Assembly (NCBI GenBank): GCA_030167865.1
Contig: JALAGF010003718.1
Coordinates: 1-41,660 of the forward strand
Direction: 5' to 3'
Length of the DNA: 41,660 nucleotides
DNA from: Craspedostauros australis
Lineage: Eukaryota
Shown: positions 39,611 to 41,660 of the stretch, piece after piece
Layout: each line of letters opens with the position of its first letter
How positions within the stretch are numbered: the stretch's first letter is position 1
Position numbers and translations under genes: made by a program
Notes under the pieces: model-generated
The model's input: the letters and a program-made list of their open reading frames with translations, nothing else
Told to the model about the DNA's origin: nothing
The model's database searches: none

Positions 39611-41660
39611 ATGGCGCCATTCAAAGCCCAACCCATGCGACGCTCTTGCCCCATGGCAATGCTCATGCTGCTCTGGACAGCCAGCCTCTTCGTGCCGTCT
39701 CTGGCGGCGCCGGCCTTCATGGGCGGAAGCCTGGGCGAAGAGATGAGCAACGCCATTGGTGCCACCCGCAGTCTCGAAGAAGCGCCCCCGTGCAGCCTCT
39801 GCCGCAACTTGCTTTCTCCGGTGCCGACAAAGCTGAACGCCACGTTCACCTACAAGAACGAGACCTTGTCCTGCGAGGTTCTCTACAACGAGACCCTGGC
39901 GTTCAGCGACGAGGAGTGCACTGCCTACGAGTTCGGCCCCGACGCGAGGTTCTACGAAGACGCTTGCGGATGCACGTCCTTCTGCGAAGGCTGCCCCGGA
40001 TTGGAGATGAAGAACAAAGACGGCGTCTACTACGACGGCATCCTCGCACGCGGCTGCGCCGAGAGACACCGCGATGCTGGAACCTTCCTCAACAGCAATG
40101 ATTGTTTGCGCTATCAGTTTCTTGCAAGGGACCCGTGCTTCTGCGCTCCTTTTGACGAAGAAGTCGACGCTTCGGAGTTTTCCTTTGAGCCCTCTTCGAC
40201 CCCCTTGACGCCCGACAGCCCGTGCTTCGAACGGTCGATTGATGTCTTTTTCGCGTCGAGATCGGTCCACCACAACGCGAGCGAAGACTCGCGATGGGTA
40301 TTCTGCCCCAACACTGTGCAGACCCTCAACACGTACATCTACTCTCTGGGAATCTTCACCCTGCAGCCCCCAATCCTCGGCATCCCGAATGCTCACTACC
40401 TCTGCGGCGAAGATGGGTCAAGCCAAAACAACTGCATCTTTGACCTTGGCGAGGCTCAGTCGGTCTTCTTCGGAGAAATGGAAACCATCACGGTCCAAGG
40501 CTTCACGTTCCGGGGCAGTCTACTTGCCTCGAGCATGAGGTTCACAGGGCGCGTCACGTTCATCGACTGCATCTTCAGAGTAAGTTACACTACCACAAAA
40601 CGCGTCGGGACAGAATTGCTTGCTGAAACAACAAATATGAGGCAACCACTTGTGTGTCCATCCTGTTTGCGTGGCCAACTTTGCTATCTACGTTCCTGTA
40701 GCTCTGGTCAGCAACATGTTGATGGGAGCATCATCACTACTCTATTCTGCTCTGTGTCTGTTCACCCGCCCGCCTGCATGGAATACGCCACGCCCATAGT
40801 GCAAACTGCAATGCGCTCTGCGTACTCGTATGAAAGACGACGTCCAATCAAGCATCTCACCAATACCGATATGTCATCTTCCTTTCTGCCTGTCTCTCTA
40901 TATATGTCGATGCATGTTGCTGGCTCAACATCTGCCTACCATGCGCATCCCTCCATCTACCCGCGGTGCCTGTTTAAAGGACATGGTGACAGAATCCGTT
41001 GTATTTGCAACTGCCCGGAGGGAGAACGGAAATTTCGTGCTCGAGACCGAAGCCTTTCTCTCTTTCGTTAACTGCACCTTCCTCGTAAGTACCATCGGAT
41101 CCAAACGTTGCCATGTACATGAAGGCCGTTGCCTCGCCCCCCACCAGCGATCGAAACTTGCAAAATTCTTGCGCAGCCCGAGGCCAAGCGCGTATGCACT
41201 CCTACGCTGACCACAATCTTCATCGCTGTGTGCTGCACCGATGGCTCGTGCAAACGTCATGCCTCACGTCATTCCTCGCTCTCCTCGATCCTCTCCTTTG
41301 CTTTGCCTCGGTCATCGCAGGATAACACAATCGTCGCCACATCCAGGACCAAAGCCCAGGCATACTCGGAGCAGTTTGGGTTGCAGGTCAGCTTTGACGG
41401 TTGCATCTTTCAAGGTGCAAGCACAGACATTGACCTTGCCAATCCCTGCCTTGGGTGCCGCTCGCAAGCGATATTTATGTCGAGCGCCACAAAACTCACC
41501 ATCAAGAATTCATGCTTCATCGACAGCACCTTCGTCGGTGCTATGATCATGGCTTCGCAGGACGCAAACCCCAATCCAACGGTCGTCGAAGTGTCGAACA
41601 ACTTCGTCCAAAATGTGACTTCGGTGGCCCACGGTGGTTGCCCAACCATGCTGACCTTTG
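39611..41660 (+). CDS. Secreted Cys-rich/beta-helix-like surface protein, paralog of 20718-23777, 3' partial; exons 39611-40579, 40980-41084, 41321->41660
   Basis: Signal MAMLMLLWTASLFVPSLA; two CxxC..C..C..CxC modules; WVFCPNT..LCGEDGSSQNNC. GTAAGT donors are at 40580 and 41085. The last exon reads DNTIV..FDGCIF..LTIKNSCFIDS and is open to the window end. Confidence 0.75.

Noticed and set aside
40580-41071. Continuation of ORF 39611-41071 beyond 40579
   Set aside because: It starts at a GTAAGT donor and loses family similarity, so it is intron read-through.
1-41660. The many short overlapping or antisense ORFs in the track, and tRNA/rRNA genes
   Set aside because: The short ORFs are shadows of GC-rich coding regions with no motifs. 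No tRNA cloverleaf or rRNA signature was recognised by eye; tRNAscan-SE/Infernal were not run.

Overview
Eukaryotic nuclear DNA, most likely a pennate diatom. The evidence is GT-AG introns of 156-512 nt, bipartite signal-plus-transit N-termini on several proteins, and diatom-type Cys-rich surface proteins; the species cannot be determined from the window. There are 14 host genes: a ZIP metal transporter (5' partial), a GHMP-kinase/UDP-sugar-pyrophosphorylase fusion, a photolyase/cryptochrome with a PIP-like box and NZF zinc finger, a P4H-like dioxygenase, a SAM methyltransferase, a DnaJ protein, an ankyrin-BTB protein, an HEXXH zincin, a ParB/Srx-like protein, two paralogous Cys-rich/beta-helix surface proteins, Maf, a pepsin-family protease and a LON-N protein. 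The dominant feature is an apparently intact, probably full-length 8352-bp non-LTR retrotransposon on the minus strand (24407-32758). It has a perfect 17-bp target-site duplication, a (TTAT)n tail, a structured 3' UTR, an 814-aa ORF1 and an 1842-aa APE-RT-RNase H-zinc finger ORF2 (Ambal-like). Its ORF1/ORF2 junction is unusual: a 47-codon bridging ORF is coupled by TAATG and ATGA overlaps, and the ORF2 frame stays open back into ORF1. All family assignments are by eye from motifs; no searches were run.
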